From: Mobula hypostoma
Taxonomy: Eukaryota
NCBI RefSeq assembly: GCF_963921235.1
Contig: NC_086108.1
Span: forward strand, 37,078,001 to 37,142,000
Direction of reading: 5' to 3'
Length of the DNA: 64,000 bases
Shown piece by piece: positions 1 to 11,404 of this stretch; positions within the stretch are counted from its first letter, which is position 1, and each line of letters opens with the position of its first letter. A program made the position numbers and the translations under genes. Below the pieces are notes generated by a model. It did no database searches. It was given only the letters and a program-made list of their open reading frames with translations, and was not told the DNA's origin.

Positions 1-219
1 CTTTTGATGGCTTGTTATTGTCAAAGCAATATTAAACTGTTTGTAATTGTCCAAATGATCAGTGGGAGGCAGATGTCCCATGATAGTATTCAAAACAGAG
101 CAAAATAGGGCAGATGAATATTCACACGCAATCCATTAAAAAAATCTTGTCTTTTCAGTTTTGGGAAGCCATATTTCATACAACAGTGACTAAACTATGA
201 ACTATATTATTACACAATT

Positions 220-715
220 AGAATCAGGATCAAGTTTACTATCGCTGTGTGATATGCCATGAATTTTGTTTGTTCTGTGGCAACAGTACAGTACACAGAC
301 AAAGTTACTACAAATGATAAAATAAATAATTAGTGCAAAAATGGAATAATGAGGTAGTGTTCATAGGTTCATGGACTATTTAGAAATCTGATGGTGGAGG
401 GGAAGAAGCTGTTCCTAAATCATTGAGTGTGGGTTTTCAGTCTCCTGTACATCCTCCCTGATGGTACTAATGTGAAGAGGTTATGCCCCAGATGGTGAGG
501 ATGATGGATATCACGTTCTTGAGGCACCACCTATTGAAGATGTCCTTGGTAGGGAGGGTTGTGTCAGTGATGGACATGACTGAGGCTACAACACTCCGTA
601 GCCTCTTCCAATTTTGTGCATTGGAGCCTGCCTCACAGGCTATGATTTAACCAGTTAGAATGCTCTCCACCATATATCTATAGAAATTTGCAAGTATCTT
701 TGGTGACATACCCAA
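220..715 (-). mobile_element. Rex1/Babar-type LINE, decayed 3' fragment
   Basis: Shares blocks with the element at 39440-41580 (ggggaagaagctgttc, ctcctgtacatcctccctgatgg, atctatagaaatttgcaag). Confidence 0.65.
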
Positions 716-719
716 ACAT

Positions 720-1060
720 AAGATCCTAAGGGTGGTTGACAAAGTAGATGTTGAGATGTTCTCAATAATAGGATAGGGAAGATAGCTACACATTAAAGGG
801 CCTGTTAGTTAAAACTGAAGTGTCTAGAAATTTCTTCTCTTCTGGGGTAGTGGAATTATGGAATTCTCTTCTGAGGGTGATGAAGGCCACAATCATTATA
901 ATGTATAAGATAGATAGAGATTAATATTTGAAAGATCAAAGAATTGTGTATTACATAGAATTTAACAGAAGAGGAGCTGAGGATAGCATTGATCAGTTAT
1001 AATCATATAGCATAGAAAGACAGGCTTGAGGAACCTGGTTTTCTCATGTTCCCATAGTTT
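720..1060 (+). mobile_element. Old CR1 LINE 3' fragment
   Basis: Degenerate match to the CR1 ORF2 end seen in younger copies (agaaatttcttctct...gggtagtggaattatggaattctct). Confidence 0.55.
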
Positions 1061-1239
1061 TGTGTTCAATGTAGTTTCCATTTGGCCATAATGCAAAGAA
1101 TAAAACTAATACAAAATAAACAGTTCAAATCAAAGTGAAAAATCAAACACAGTATATTCCATACAATTACTCATAATTACTTTTGTAAAATTCCTCAGGG
1201 TCAGATTTGATGTCCCCGCACAGAGCAGCACCAATGTCC

Positions 1240-1951
1240 AAAGGTTCATTTATTATTATCAAAGTATACAACTCTGAAATTCTTCTTCTCTAAATAGCCA
1301 CGAAACCAAGAAAGAAAAGACTGGTAGCACAATCATCAAACTCTAAATCCCTACTCCCCACGCAGAAAAATGAACAAAACCAAAACAGGCATATTGACCC
1401 CCAAATATCCCCTCCCTTGCGCACAAAAATGAGGAAGATAGGGCAAAAAGCACAGAATACAAAAAAAAACGTAAGACTGAAAAAATGCCTACAGTTCAAG
1501 TCCACATGCAAAATGCAAAAAACTTGGGCAACGTTCTCCCTCTCCATAGCAGAGTAATCTCACCAGCGATAAAAAGGTAGTCTCCCCATCTCCAGCAGCA
1601 CAGCGATCCCCCAACGATAAAAAGACAGGCAGCCAGCATTTTAATTCCCCATGTTGCTTTAATCACTAAACAATGGAAGCTTTAATCCAGCAAAATGGAG
1701 TTGAATATTGGCTCACAACCATTTACCACGAGATTCCCACACGCTGCCTCTGCCTCCTGGAATCCCCTCGGAGACTGCAGAGCGCTGAAATAACCAAACA
1801 TTCTCCAAACTGAAAATGACAGGTTCCAACAATTCCAGCATCACATTCAAGATATAAACAAATGTAAGAGACATAAAAGAAGCGACATGTATGGCTTCAT
1901 AATCTATCCAGAAAATGTTGACGGAAGGAGTGTTGTACGCAGGCGCCATCT
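1240..1951 (-). mobile_element. Non-autonomous LINE-related element with AGATGGCG 5' end
   Basis: On the minus strand it starts agatggcgcctgcg (1951) and ends with AATAAA plus a tgaacct tail near 1240. There is no credible ORF. The layout resembles 29381-30047. Confidence 0.45.
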
Positions 1952-3224
1952 GAGTACCATATGAACACCATGGCTCATGAAAGGAAGTTGAATTTTCAGT
2001 GGATTGGTTCACAGAGGGATTTGGAAAATGGCCTGGAACAGACCTTGGGCCTAGAAAGCTCGGCTTAACATCGACTTCATCTCACCAAAAGTGATGGCAG
2101 TCTGAGCTGGCTCATTAGCAGACAATAGTAAGTCCACAGAGGGAGTAGCATGTATGTATTTTTGAATGATAGATTTATGCTTCATGAAGTCATTGACACT
2201 TCCCCAGAAAGCTGCTTATCAGAAGGCTGGATGCAGTATATACACTGCAAGTCCACCTGATGACTCAGATCAGAAGATAAATTGACAGCAAGTTAAGCTT
2301 GCATGACAGAAAATCTTCCACTGTACAAACAGCCACTGAGCATTTTCCGGAATAGCAGACAAAACATTAAACATCAGACATTAGGTCAGATTTTTTCCTA
2401 CTTAAGTGCTGGAAAGTATATTCTACAAGATTTCAGCTTTCACTTTCTAAAGTCTAATCCAGCCCCCTCGAGTTTATGCAATTCTATCCTTTGGAGATCT
2501 GGCACCTAAGACTCTGTTTTGGCAAAAGACTTCCTGTGTTCACTGGACATCCTCTAATAAATTCTTGTAATGTCAATATTTGAGCTGGTGAATGTAAGTC
2601 TGAAGTCTGAAAATAGTCAGACTGAAAATAGGGAACGTGTTTTCCTCTGAAAATAGGGAATGTGTTTCTTTTTCATTAATCTCATCTTGCTTTCCCATCA
2701 CTGCCAGGCCCAGCTGCAGTTACCTGCCTGAATGGACAATGACACAGGGCCTTGGCTGCTTTGGAAGAAGGTGTGAGGGAAGAAGAATCGCCTGTTTTTA
2801 TTAACTTTAATTTTCACACTAGACAAGTGTGTGGGATGAGGAGGAAGTGAGACACGAGAAGGGACTCACATTTGCAATACCACCAAATTTGATGTTTTCA
2901 GTCCCCTCACCATGTCTGCCAATGATCCTGCCCAGACCGCCATCACTTTTGGTGACATGAAGTCAATCTTAAACTGAGTTTTCTAGGCCCAGTTTATATA
3001 AAGAGCTGCACCTGATCTCCATTGTCTAATGTAGTGATGAACAATCTTGTCTTGCAAGAGAGGGAGGGAAGTGTGTCAAAAACTGATGCCTGAAATGTTT
3101 GATGACTATGTAGCAACAAAATTGACCGTGATTTGCGGATGCAAGAATTGTATCTGTGCTGAGTGAGTGTGCGGGGTGTGGAGCAATTGATTGATAGACC
3201 TGATTAACAATTATTGTTAATTGG

Positions 3225-3520
3225 TTTATTTTTGTTATATGTATTGAGGTACAATGAGAAAAATATAATTTCACAACATCTGTACATTGAAGCAGTACAA
3301 GGGAAGAACAATAATACAAACATTTGTAGAATGCTGAATATAATGTTTCAGTTACAGAGGAAGTGCAGTGCAGGTAGACAAATAAGCTTCAAGTTCATGA
3401 TGAGGTAGATCAAGAATCTATCCTATCATATATGAGTTCCGTTCAATAGTCTTATAACAGAAGGATAAAAGCTGGCCTTGAGCCTATTGGTAGGTGATTT
3501 AAGGTTTTTGTAGTTTCTGT
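3225..3520 (-). mobile_element. Rex1/Babar-type LINE 3' tail
   Basis: ORF 3426..3701 ends NRLKASFYPSVIRLLN, homologous to RLLNSFLPQAVRLLN in ORF 55934..56542. Confidence 0.6.
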
Positions 3521-4504
3521 CTGATACGAGGGGGAGAAAAGAGAAGAAAATAAGTGATATAGGTGGGATACATGGAACATTGTCTAAGACTCCTGGTAGA
3601 CAGCATTTGAAAATTGAAATAATTGAAGTTCTTACATCATTGTTCATATATTCTTGATGTTTCATACTGTATGTTATTGGCCACCATTGGTGTCTGATCA
3701 TGTTGCTGTCTGAGTCCAGAGAACCACCTGACTAAAATGGACAGAACTTTGCCTCTTTGATTCCGCAACCAAAGGCTGGAAAATCCTTTAGTCTTCCCTC
3801 TCCCATTCCATATTTAAGGCATATTTTTTCATGTCAAATGAATCCCATAAGATTTCCACCAAATACTGCAGCCATAATACAGCTACCATTGAAAATTACC
3901 TTCAGGTGCCCAAAATGAACAGAATTTAACTCCTCCTTTGGTATAGCAAATTATTACACACTATCAGAGTAATTATCAAGTAACAAAACATGGATGTACT
4001 GCCAGCATTCATTAATCCTGCTTCTTGGGAACTGGAATTGAACTAGATAAGCGACTCCAAGAACTTCTGGCTATATGAAAATAAAAAGAATCTATTTTTG
4101 CACCGATGCCAGTCACATAAAAGATACATGCTTCGTGAAACTAAAACCTGAGGTATTTAGAGAGAATATAATTTATAAACTATATGCTGATTAGTGATCA
4201 ACAAAAGCAACACTTAACAAATAGAAAGATTGGTTGGATTATTTTCTAAAATTATTAACCTGGAAGATAAGCTTTGGTAGGACAGAGCAACCTATAACTG
4301 AAGTTATTTTAAGTATCCCACATGTAAAACTAGTAATGTTGTTCAGATAATATCTGGAAGTGACACAAAGGCTGGAGGTATATTTATGCATGTTTGATTT
4401 CTTCAAAACATGAAAAATGAAAAGAACAATTGAGAACAATTTCAGGAGAAAATGCCTTTCAATCTATTATATAAAATATTTATCCTTTAGTTGTCAACAC
4501 TTCT

Positions 4505-4724
4505 AGGCCGACTGGTGGCATAGTGGCATCAGCGTCGGACTTTGGAGTGAAGGGTTCTGAGTTCGAACCCAGCCGGCTCCCAAGGCATGCTTTCCGTCCG
4601 TGCTGGGTTGAGCGTCGAGCTAGCAACTCGACCTCGTAAAAGGAAATTGCCTGCTACAGAAACATCAACAACAAAAATTTGATGGCCTATGCTCTCTTGT
4701 GAATTTAAAAGGAAATGTCCTTTT
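4505..4724 (+). mobile_element. tRNA-derived SINE with RTE-like body
   Basis: A box TGGCATAGTGG, B box GAGTTCGAACCC, and a perfect 14-bp TSD TTGTCAACACTTCT at 4491-4504 and 4725-4738. Confidence 0.85.
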
Positions 4725-4871
4725 TTGTCAACACTTCTGCAACTGAAACTATTTCTTTCAAACTAGTCTACCCAAAACACTCATGGTTTTGAACACCACT
4801 TTTATAACTCTTCCAAACTTTTCCTATTTATCCAAGCTTCCCTGGTCTCACCACATAACCAAAGACCTTAA

Positions 4872-6205
4872 TAGAAACATAGAAAATCTACTGCACAATA
4901 CAGGCCCTTCGGCCCACAAAGATGTGCCAAACATGTCCTTACCTTAGAACTACCTAGGCTTACCCATAGCCTTCTATTTTTCTAAGCTCCATGTACCTAT
5001 CCAGGAGTCTCTTAAAACGCCCCATCATTTCCGCCTCCACCACCACCGCTGGCAGTCCATTCCACGCAGTCACCACCCTCTGCGTAAAAAACTTACCCCT
5101 GACATCTCCTCTGTACTTACCTTCAAGCACCTTAAAACTACGCCCTCTCATGCTAGCCATTTCAGCCCTGGGGAAAAGCCTCTGACTATCCACGTGATCA
5201 ATGCCTCTCATTATCTTGTACACCTCTATCTCATCCTCCGTCACTCCAAGGAGAAAAAGCTGAGTTCACTCAACCTATTCTCATAAGGCATGCTCCCCAA
5301 TCCAGGCAATATCCTTGTAAATCTCTTCTGTACCCTTTCTATGGTTTCCACGTCCTTCCTGTAGTGAGGTGACCAGAATTGAGCACAATACTCCAAGTAG
5401 GGTCTAACCAGGGTCCTGTGTAGCAGCAACATTACCTCTTGGCTCTTAAACTCAATCCCAGGGTTGATGAAAGCCAATGCACTGTATGCCTTCTTAACCA
5501 CAAAGTCAACCTGTGTAGCAGCTTTGCGTGTCCTATGGACTCGGACCCCAAGATCCCTTCCATCCTCCATACTGCCAAGAGTCTTACCATTAATGCTACA
5601 TTCTGCCATCATATTTGACCTACCAAAATGAAAGTCTTCACACTTATCTGGGTTGAACTCCATCTGCCACTTCTCAGCCCAGTTTTGCATCCTATCAATG
5701 TCCCACTGTAACCTCTGACAGCCCTCTACACTATCCACAACATCCCCAACCTTTGTGTCATGAGCAAATTTACTAACCCATCTCTCCACTTCCCCATCCA
5801 GGTCATTTATAAAATCACGAAGAGTAGGAGTCCCAGAACAGATCCCTGAGGCACACCACTGGTCACCAAACTCCATGCAGAATATGAACCATCTACTACA
5901 ACTCTTTTCCTTTTTTGGGCAAGCCAGTTCTGGATCCACAAAGCAATGTCCCCTTGCATCCCATGCCTCCTTACTTCCTCAATAAGCCTAGTATGGGGTA
6001 CCTTATCAAATGCCTTGTTGAAATCCATGTACATTACATCTACTGCTCTACCTTCATCAATGTGTTTAGTCACATCCTCAAAAAATTCAATCAGGCTTTT
6101 AAGGCACAACCTGCCTTTGACAAAGCCATGCTGACTATTCCTAATCGAATTATGCCTCTCCAAATGTTCGTAAATCCTGCCTCTCAGGATCTTCTCCATG
6201 AACTC
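4872..6205 (-). mobile_element. CR1 LINE, 5'-truncated (frameshifted RT and C-terminus)
   Basis: ORFs 5807..6208, 5241..5939 and 4960..5244 carry QHGFVKGR, YMDFNKAFDKVPH, GVPQGSVLG and LEYCAQFWSPHY; (TTTCTATG)n-type tail at 4872. Confidence 0.92.
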
Positions 6206-6439
6206 CATTAATCTTCATTATAATTAATTTTTTTATGCAGATAAACAATCATTTTTGCAATGGCTAGGTTTCATTTTCAGAATACAGAAAATAATCACAT
6301 TATAGAAATTATCTATAAACATAATAAGGTTTACTGTTTATTGAAGCTACTTGAGAAATATAGGAATTCTGCGTGATTAAAGGCAGTAAAGGTGTTCAGG
6401 GTGTACTGCGTGTTAAGAAACCATATATGTTGATGGAAT

Positions 6440-6530
6440 TATTCAGGTAGTCATGATGAAGGGCCCTAGCCTGACCTGCTGAGTTCCTCCAGCAGTTTAG
6501 TTTGTGGCCAACAGTCTCTCGTATGTCTCT
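6440..6530 (+). mobile_element. Short degenerate Penelope-derived tail
   Basis: gatgaagggccct...cctgacctgctgagttcctccagca matches the other Penelope tails. Confidence 0.55.
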
Positions 6531-6839
6531 ATTATTCCTATAGTGCAGTGATGTGAGGTCAAATCAAACTTAAGACAATACCAGACCCAGGCATTGATGG
6601 TTGTGCCTGTCTTCAGCCTTCCTCTTATCATATGTAAATGAAACCTACCTTCACTTTAGTTCCTTATATTCTATTTGTGCCACCATGAAAATCAAAGCAG
6701 ACCATGGCTGTTATCAAAGATAATTTATACTCGTGCCAGGATTCTGCCTGAATGCACTTTTACAATGAGATAAATTTCCTTCATTAGCTGTACAGTATTA
6801 TTTTATAAACCTGGCCTTAGTCTATAGAAAGCTTGATCT

Positions 6840-7230
6840 GAAAAGCAGAGAAGTACATTAAATCTGAATCAAATCTTGGCCGTAATAATTTGAAGTACTC
6901 TATACAGTCAGGTAAACTTTATAAAAAGGACATGAACATACTGGAGGGGTTACAGAGAAGATACACAAGGATGATATTAAGGTGATGGTGTACATATCAG
7001 GGAAGGAGAGACACATGCTGTCTTCTTTTCTTGAAAAAAAGGGGCTGTGGGATGACCCAGTAGATTTTTTTTAATAATGTAAGATTTTGATAGAATTAAT
7101 ACAGACTGAAAGGTTTTGATTTTGAGAAAGAGCATAACTAAGGATTGATAATATAATAAACCCAACAGGAAGTTCAGAAGCAATGACTTGACCCAAAGAG
7201 TGGTGAGAATCTAGGACTTGCTGCCATGGG
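6840..7230 (+). mobile_element. Old CR1 LINE 3' fragment
   Basis: ctggaggggttacagagaagatacacaaggatgat and acccaaagagtggtgagaatct are degenerate CR1 ORF2 motifs. Confidence 0.55.
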
Positions 7231-7689
7231 AATTCTGATCAAGATGGCGCTGAGCTGTAGTCTTTGTCGAAATCACGGCTTAGACTTTACTGTTGTTTTA
7301 GATTTATAGGAAAGGTTTTGAGCACAGAGGGGTGAGTTAGGCGTTCACATTAGGATTTAAGGACAGGGATGCTGAGTAGTTAGAGGTCAAATTAAAGTTT
7401 AGGGACAGGGATGTGGAGGAATTGAGGCCACCACACTGCACTCCACATTCCTCAACATGGACAGATGATAAACAACATCCGCAGTCCAAAACCCCTGCTC
7501 TGCACTTGAAGGCCAGCGATGTGGACATGGGCCAAAGGATAACCACCATCTAGGCCTCTGTTCCATGCTTGAAGGCCAGCGACGTGGATGGATGATGCAA
7601 GGCATCTGTAGATGTAGGGCTGTCTCACATCAGTGAGTGCATGCATGTGTACTGCATTTATGACATGTTAAGAAGTCAACAGTATAAGG

Positions 7690-9885
7690 TTACTTGGTCT
7701 CAAATGTGATGAGACCTAGGTGGCAGAAGGGAGTTCATTACTTTCACGGTCTGGGGAAGATGCTGTTTTCCAGCTTAATAATCCTTGTCCTAATGCTACG
7801 ATGCTTCCTGCCTGATGGTAGGGGTTCAAAGAAATTTTTGGATGGATGGGAAGGAGCATTGACAATTGGCCTTGCATGCACAGCACTCCTGATAATTATC
7901 TCTAATGGGTGGAATGGGGGCCAGGATGATGCTGTCAGCTGTCCTCACAAACCTTAGCAGGGACTTGTGGTCAGGTGCCTTGCAATTCCCATACAAGACA
8001 ATGATGCATCTAGTCGGGGGAGTCTTGCTTGCCTCGCTCTCCTCAGGAAGAGGAGATGTTGCTGTGCTTTCTTGACTAAGGGGGACTAGGATTGCTATAT
8101 GCAATCCCAGAAACTTGGTGCTCCAAACTCTCTTCACAGGGGAGCCATTGTGAAGTGACCACAGTGAGGCTTGGTCAGATGCACCTTCCTAAAGTCCACA
8201 GTCATCTCTTTGGTGTTGTCCACATTGAGACTCAAGTTATTGTGCTCGCAGTGTTCTACCAGCCACTCTAACTCCTCTCAGTGACTAGTGGTGTTCCTCA
8301 GGGGTCTGTATTGGGACCGTTACTTTTCACATTGTTTGTCAATGATTTGGATAATGGAATTGATGGCTTTGTAGAGAAGCTGGTGGATGATACTAAGATA
8401 GGTGGGGGGTAGGTAGTACTGAGGAATTAATGCGTTTGCATTAGGACTTAGACAGATTGGAAGAATGGACAAATGGAAGTGGCAGATGGAATACAGTGTT
8501 GAGAAATGTATGATAATGTGATTTGGTAAAAGAAACAATAATGTGGACTATTATATAAATGGGGAGAAAGTTCAAATATCAGAGGTGCAGAGGGACTTAG
8601 GAGTCCTTGTGCAAGGCTCCCAGAAGGTTAATATACAAGTTGAGTCTGTGGTAAAGAAAGAAAATGCAATATTAACATTTATTTCAAGGGGAATAGAATA
8701 TAAAAGCAAGGAGATAATGCTGAGCCATTATAAGATTCGAGTCAGGCTGCTCTTAGAGTATTGTCAACAGTTTTGGACTCCATATATCAGAAAGGATGTG
8801 TTGTCATTGGAGACAGTCCAGAGGAGTTTCAAGAGGATGATTCTGGGAATGAAAGGGTTAACATATGAGGAGAGTTTGGCAGCTTTGGGTCTGTACTCAC
8901 TGAAATTTTGAAGAATGCATGGGGATCTCATTGAAACCTACCGAATATTGAAAGGACTAGATAAGGTGGATATGGAGAGGATGTTTCCTAAGGTGGGGGT
9001 ATCCAGACCTAGAGGACACAGACTCAGAATTGAGGGGCAACCTTTTAGAACAGAGATAAGGAAGATTATTTTTTAGCCTGAGAGTGGTGAATCTGTGGAA
9101 TGCTCTGCCACAGACTGGGTGGAGGCCAAGTTCATGGGTATATTTAAGGCAGAAGTTGATCGTTTCCTGATTGGTCAGGGCATCAAAGAATATGGGGAGA
9201 AGGCAGGTGTATGGGTTGAGTGGGATCTGGGATCAGCCCTGATGAAATAGTGAACAGACTTGATGGGCTGAATGGCTTAATCCTACTCCTATGTCTTATG
9301 GTCTCTCTGTATGCTGTCTCATCATCATTGTTGATGAGGCCATCCACTGTCGTGTCATCCGCGAACTTCATGATTCCGTTTGAACTGGTTCTAGCAGTGC
9401 AGTCAAGCATTAGCAGTGTGAAAAGCAGTGGGTTCAGCACACTGTACTGGCGTGCGCCAGTGCTCAGCTTGATGGAGCTAGAGATGTTGCTGCCAACACA
9501 GACTGACTGTCACGAAGTCCAGGTTCCAACTACCAAGAGAGGTGTCAAAGCACAACAAAGGCAGTTTACCCACCGTCTTCTGAGGGATGATCGTAATAAA
9601 CGCCAAGCTGAAGTCAGTAAACAGTATTCTGACGTACAGGCACCATTTTCCAGGTGGGACAGGACAGAGTGGAAAGCAGAGGCTATGGCATCATCAGTGG
9701 ACTGATTTGAGCGATAAGCGAACGGGAAAGGGTCCAATGTAGCGGAGAGATGGGATTTAATGAATTCATCACTAACCATACAAAGCACTTCATTATTGTC
9801 GAGGTCAGTACCACTGGATGGTCATTATCAAGGCAGGTCACTGTTGCCCAGTTGGGCACTGGGATGATGGTGGCTGCCTTGAATC
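7690..9885 (-). mobile_element. Rex1/Babar-type LINE split by a CR1 insertion
   Basis: RT fragments LDPFPFAYRSN and KFADDTTVDGLINNDDETAYRE (9300-9885) continue at 7690-8280 (KFLGLHI) across the CR1. Confidence 0.8.
8280..9303 (+). mobile_element. CR1 LINE, 5'-truncated
   Basis: Starts at the VTSGVPQGSVLGP codons; ORF 8543..8911 has LEYCQQFWTPY; 3' tail atgtcttatggtct. Confidence 0.9.
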
Positions 9886-9895
9886 CTGTGGGATT

Positions 9896-10790
9896 CAGTC
9901 CTTGGATTATGTTCCTGAGAACTGTCCATAAAGGGATTTCTCCATAGGTCAGAAATGTCTGTTTTCTATAGCCATCCACATTGTTTTGCTTTGCAAAACG
10001 CTTGCTGTAATTCTTTCATGTTATTGAATAAGCACGCTAACACTACTCATTATTAAAACAATGGCATTGTGTTGCCCTTAAGGCATTTATTTAACTTTAT
10101 TAAATTTGCACTTTAAATAATTTGTTTGTAACTATTTTCTAGTTAAAGTCAAAGGTTGATAACTACGTTACAGTTTAACAAAAGGTAAAATTTATTGTCT
10201 ATGGCATATCGCGGCATGTGACGACGTCACTTCCGGTTTCGCCACGTCTTGATGGTAACTTCTGGTTCGTAGAAAACATCGGAAGTGGGGTTCCCGCATG
10301 CAGCATGATTGTGAAAGACTCCATTTCTATCCACGAAGAAACATTATAGAGGCAATGCCGTAAGTTCATATGACAGTAGACATATTGAAGTAAGTACATT
10401 AATGCTGATTCTGTTAAAAGAAACGATGGTTGATGAGGATTTATTTATAAGTATTTACAACACAAGTGTGGTGTTGAGAATGAAACAGACACTGAATATG
10501 TTTTGTATTATCTTATCAACAGTTTTCACCATACGATGTTAATGTGGAAGAGTGAACAGTAAACGGTTAACCTTACTACGACTCTGTCTTCATTGGCTGC
10601 GGTTTAACTTGGTGTTTAGTCAGAGTTTCAACACACTGCATGAGAACACTACATGCATACATGCTGTATGCAGTCTTTAATAAATGCTATGGAACATTTT
10701 ATTATTCTTATTACTAACAGAAAAAATGCCTTAAAATGCATGGCAAAATCTGTGTAAAGTTAGATCGTTTGTAACCTGGAGAGACACTAT
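9896..10790. mobile_element. Probable non-autonomous Tigger/pogo-like DNA element
   Basis: Right end gtaacctggagagacactaTA looks TIR-like, and there are inverted sub-terminal motifs ttaaggcattt (10078) / aaatgccttaa (10724). The left TIR is not clearly seen. Confidence 0.4.
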
Positions 10791-11110
10791 ACTTTGAACT
10801 CCATTTTCACTCTACAAAGAAGATGCATGCCTAATTTGGCAGCACTAAAGCCTTAAAATTAAGTAAAAGTCTTTCATTATTTGTTATCAATCATTTCTTT
10901 GAAACAGGGCAGTGCCATGCAATTTGCTTTATATCACTTGGGTAGCGGTAGTTAAGAGGTGAAAAGTTGGAGCTATTTATACCGTTTTAAGGATTTGTTG
11001 CTTAGATTTAAAGAGTTTATTTCTTTTGGTGGGAGAGGTAAGAATAAACAGACAATCTTAAATTTAGAGATAGGATATTGAAAAGGGACATCAAGAAGAA
11101 TATTGGACAG

Positions 11111-11404
11111 CTTACATCATACACTGATGAGCTAACTAGCCTTTGGACAGGAGCAGATGTCGTCAGGTGGTGCCCAATCTTCATAGAATGTCTCGACCCC
11201 TAACCACTACACTCTCCAGCTGCTGGGTCGGCAGTGGTGGTCAGGTCACTGCCCATCTGCTCCTGACTTCCAGCTCAACTCCTCTCGCCTGCTCCAAATC
11301 CAGCAAGAGGCTCTTCCTGCTTCCTCCCCCATCCTGCCAGCTGCTTGGCTCTTGTTCTTTTCATCAAGGCCCAGCGCAACAGCAACCTCCATGCCAACCT
11401 TGCC
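11111..11404 (-). repeat. Terminal direct repeat of the Hero element, 3' copy
   Basis: Colinear with 14736-15053, roughly 80-85% identical by eye. Confidence 0.9.

Noticed and set aside
11120..11200. Hammerhead in the Hero terminal repeat (CTGATGA on +, CTGACGA on -)
   Set aside because: I could not find a correctly placed GAAA with supporting helices in either copy.
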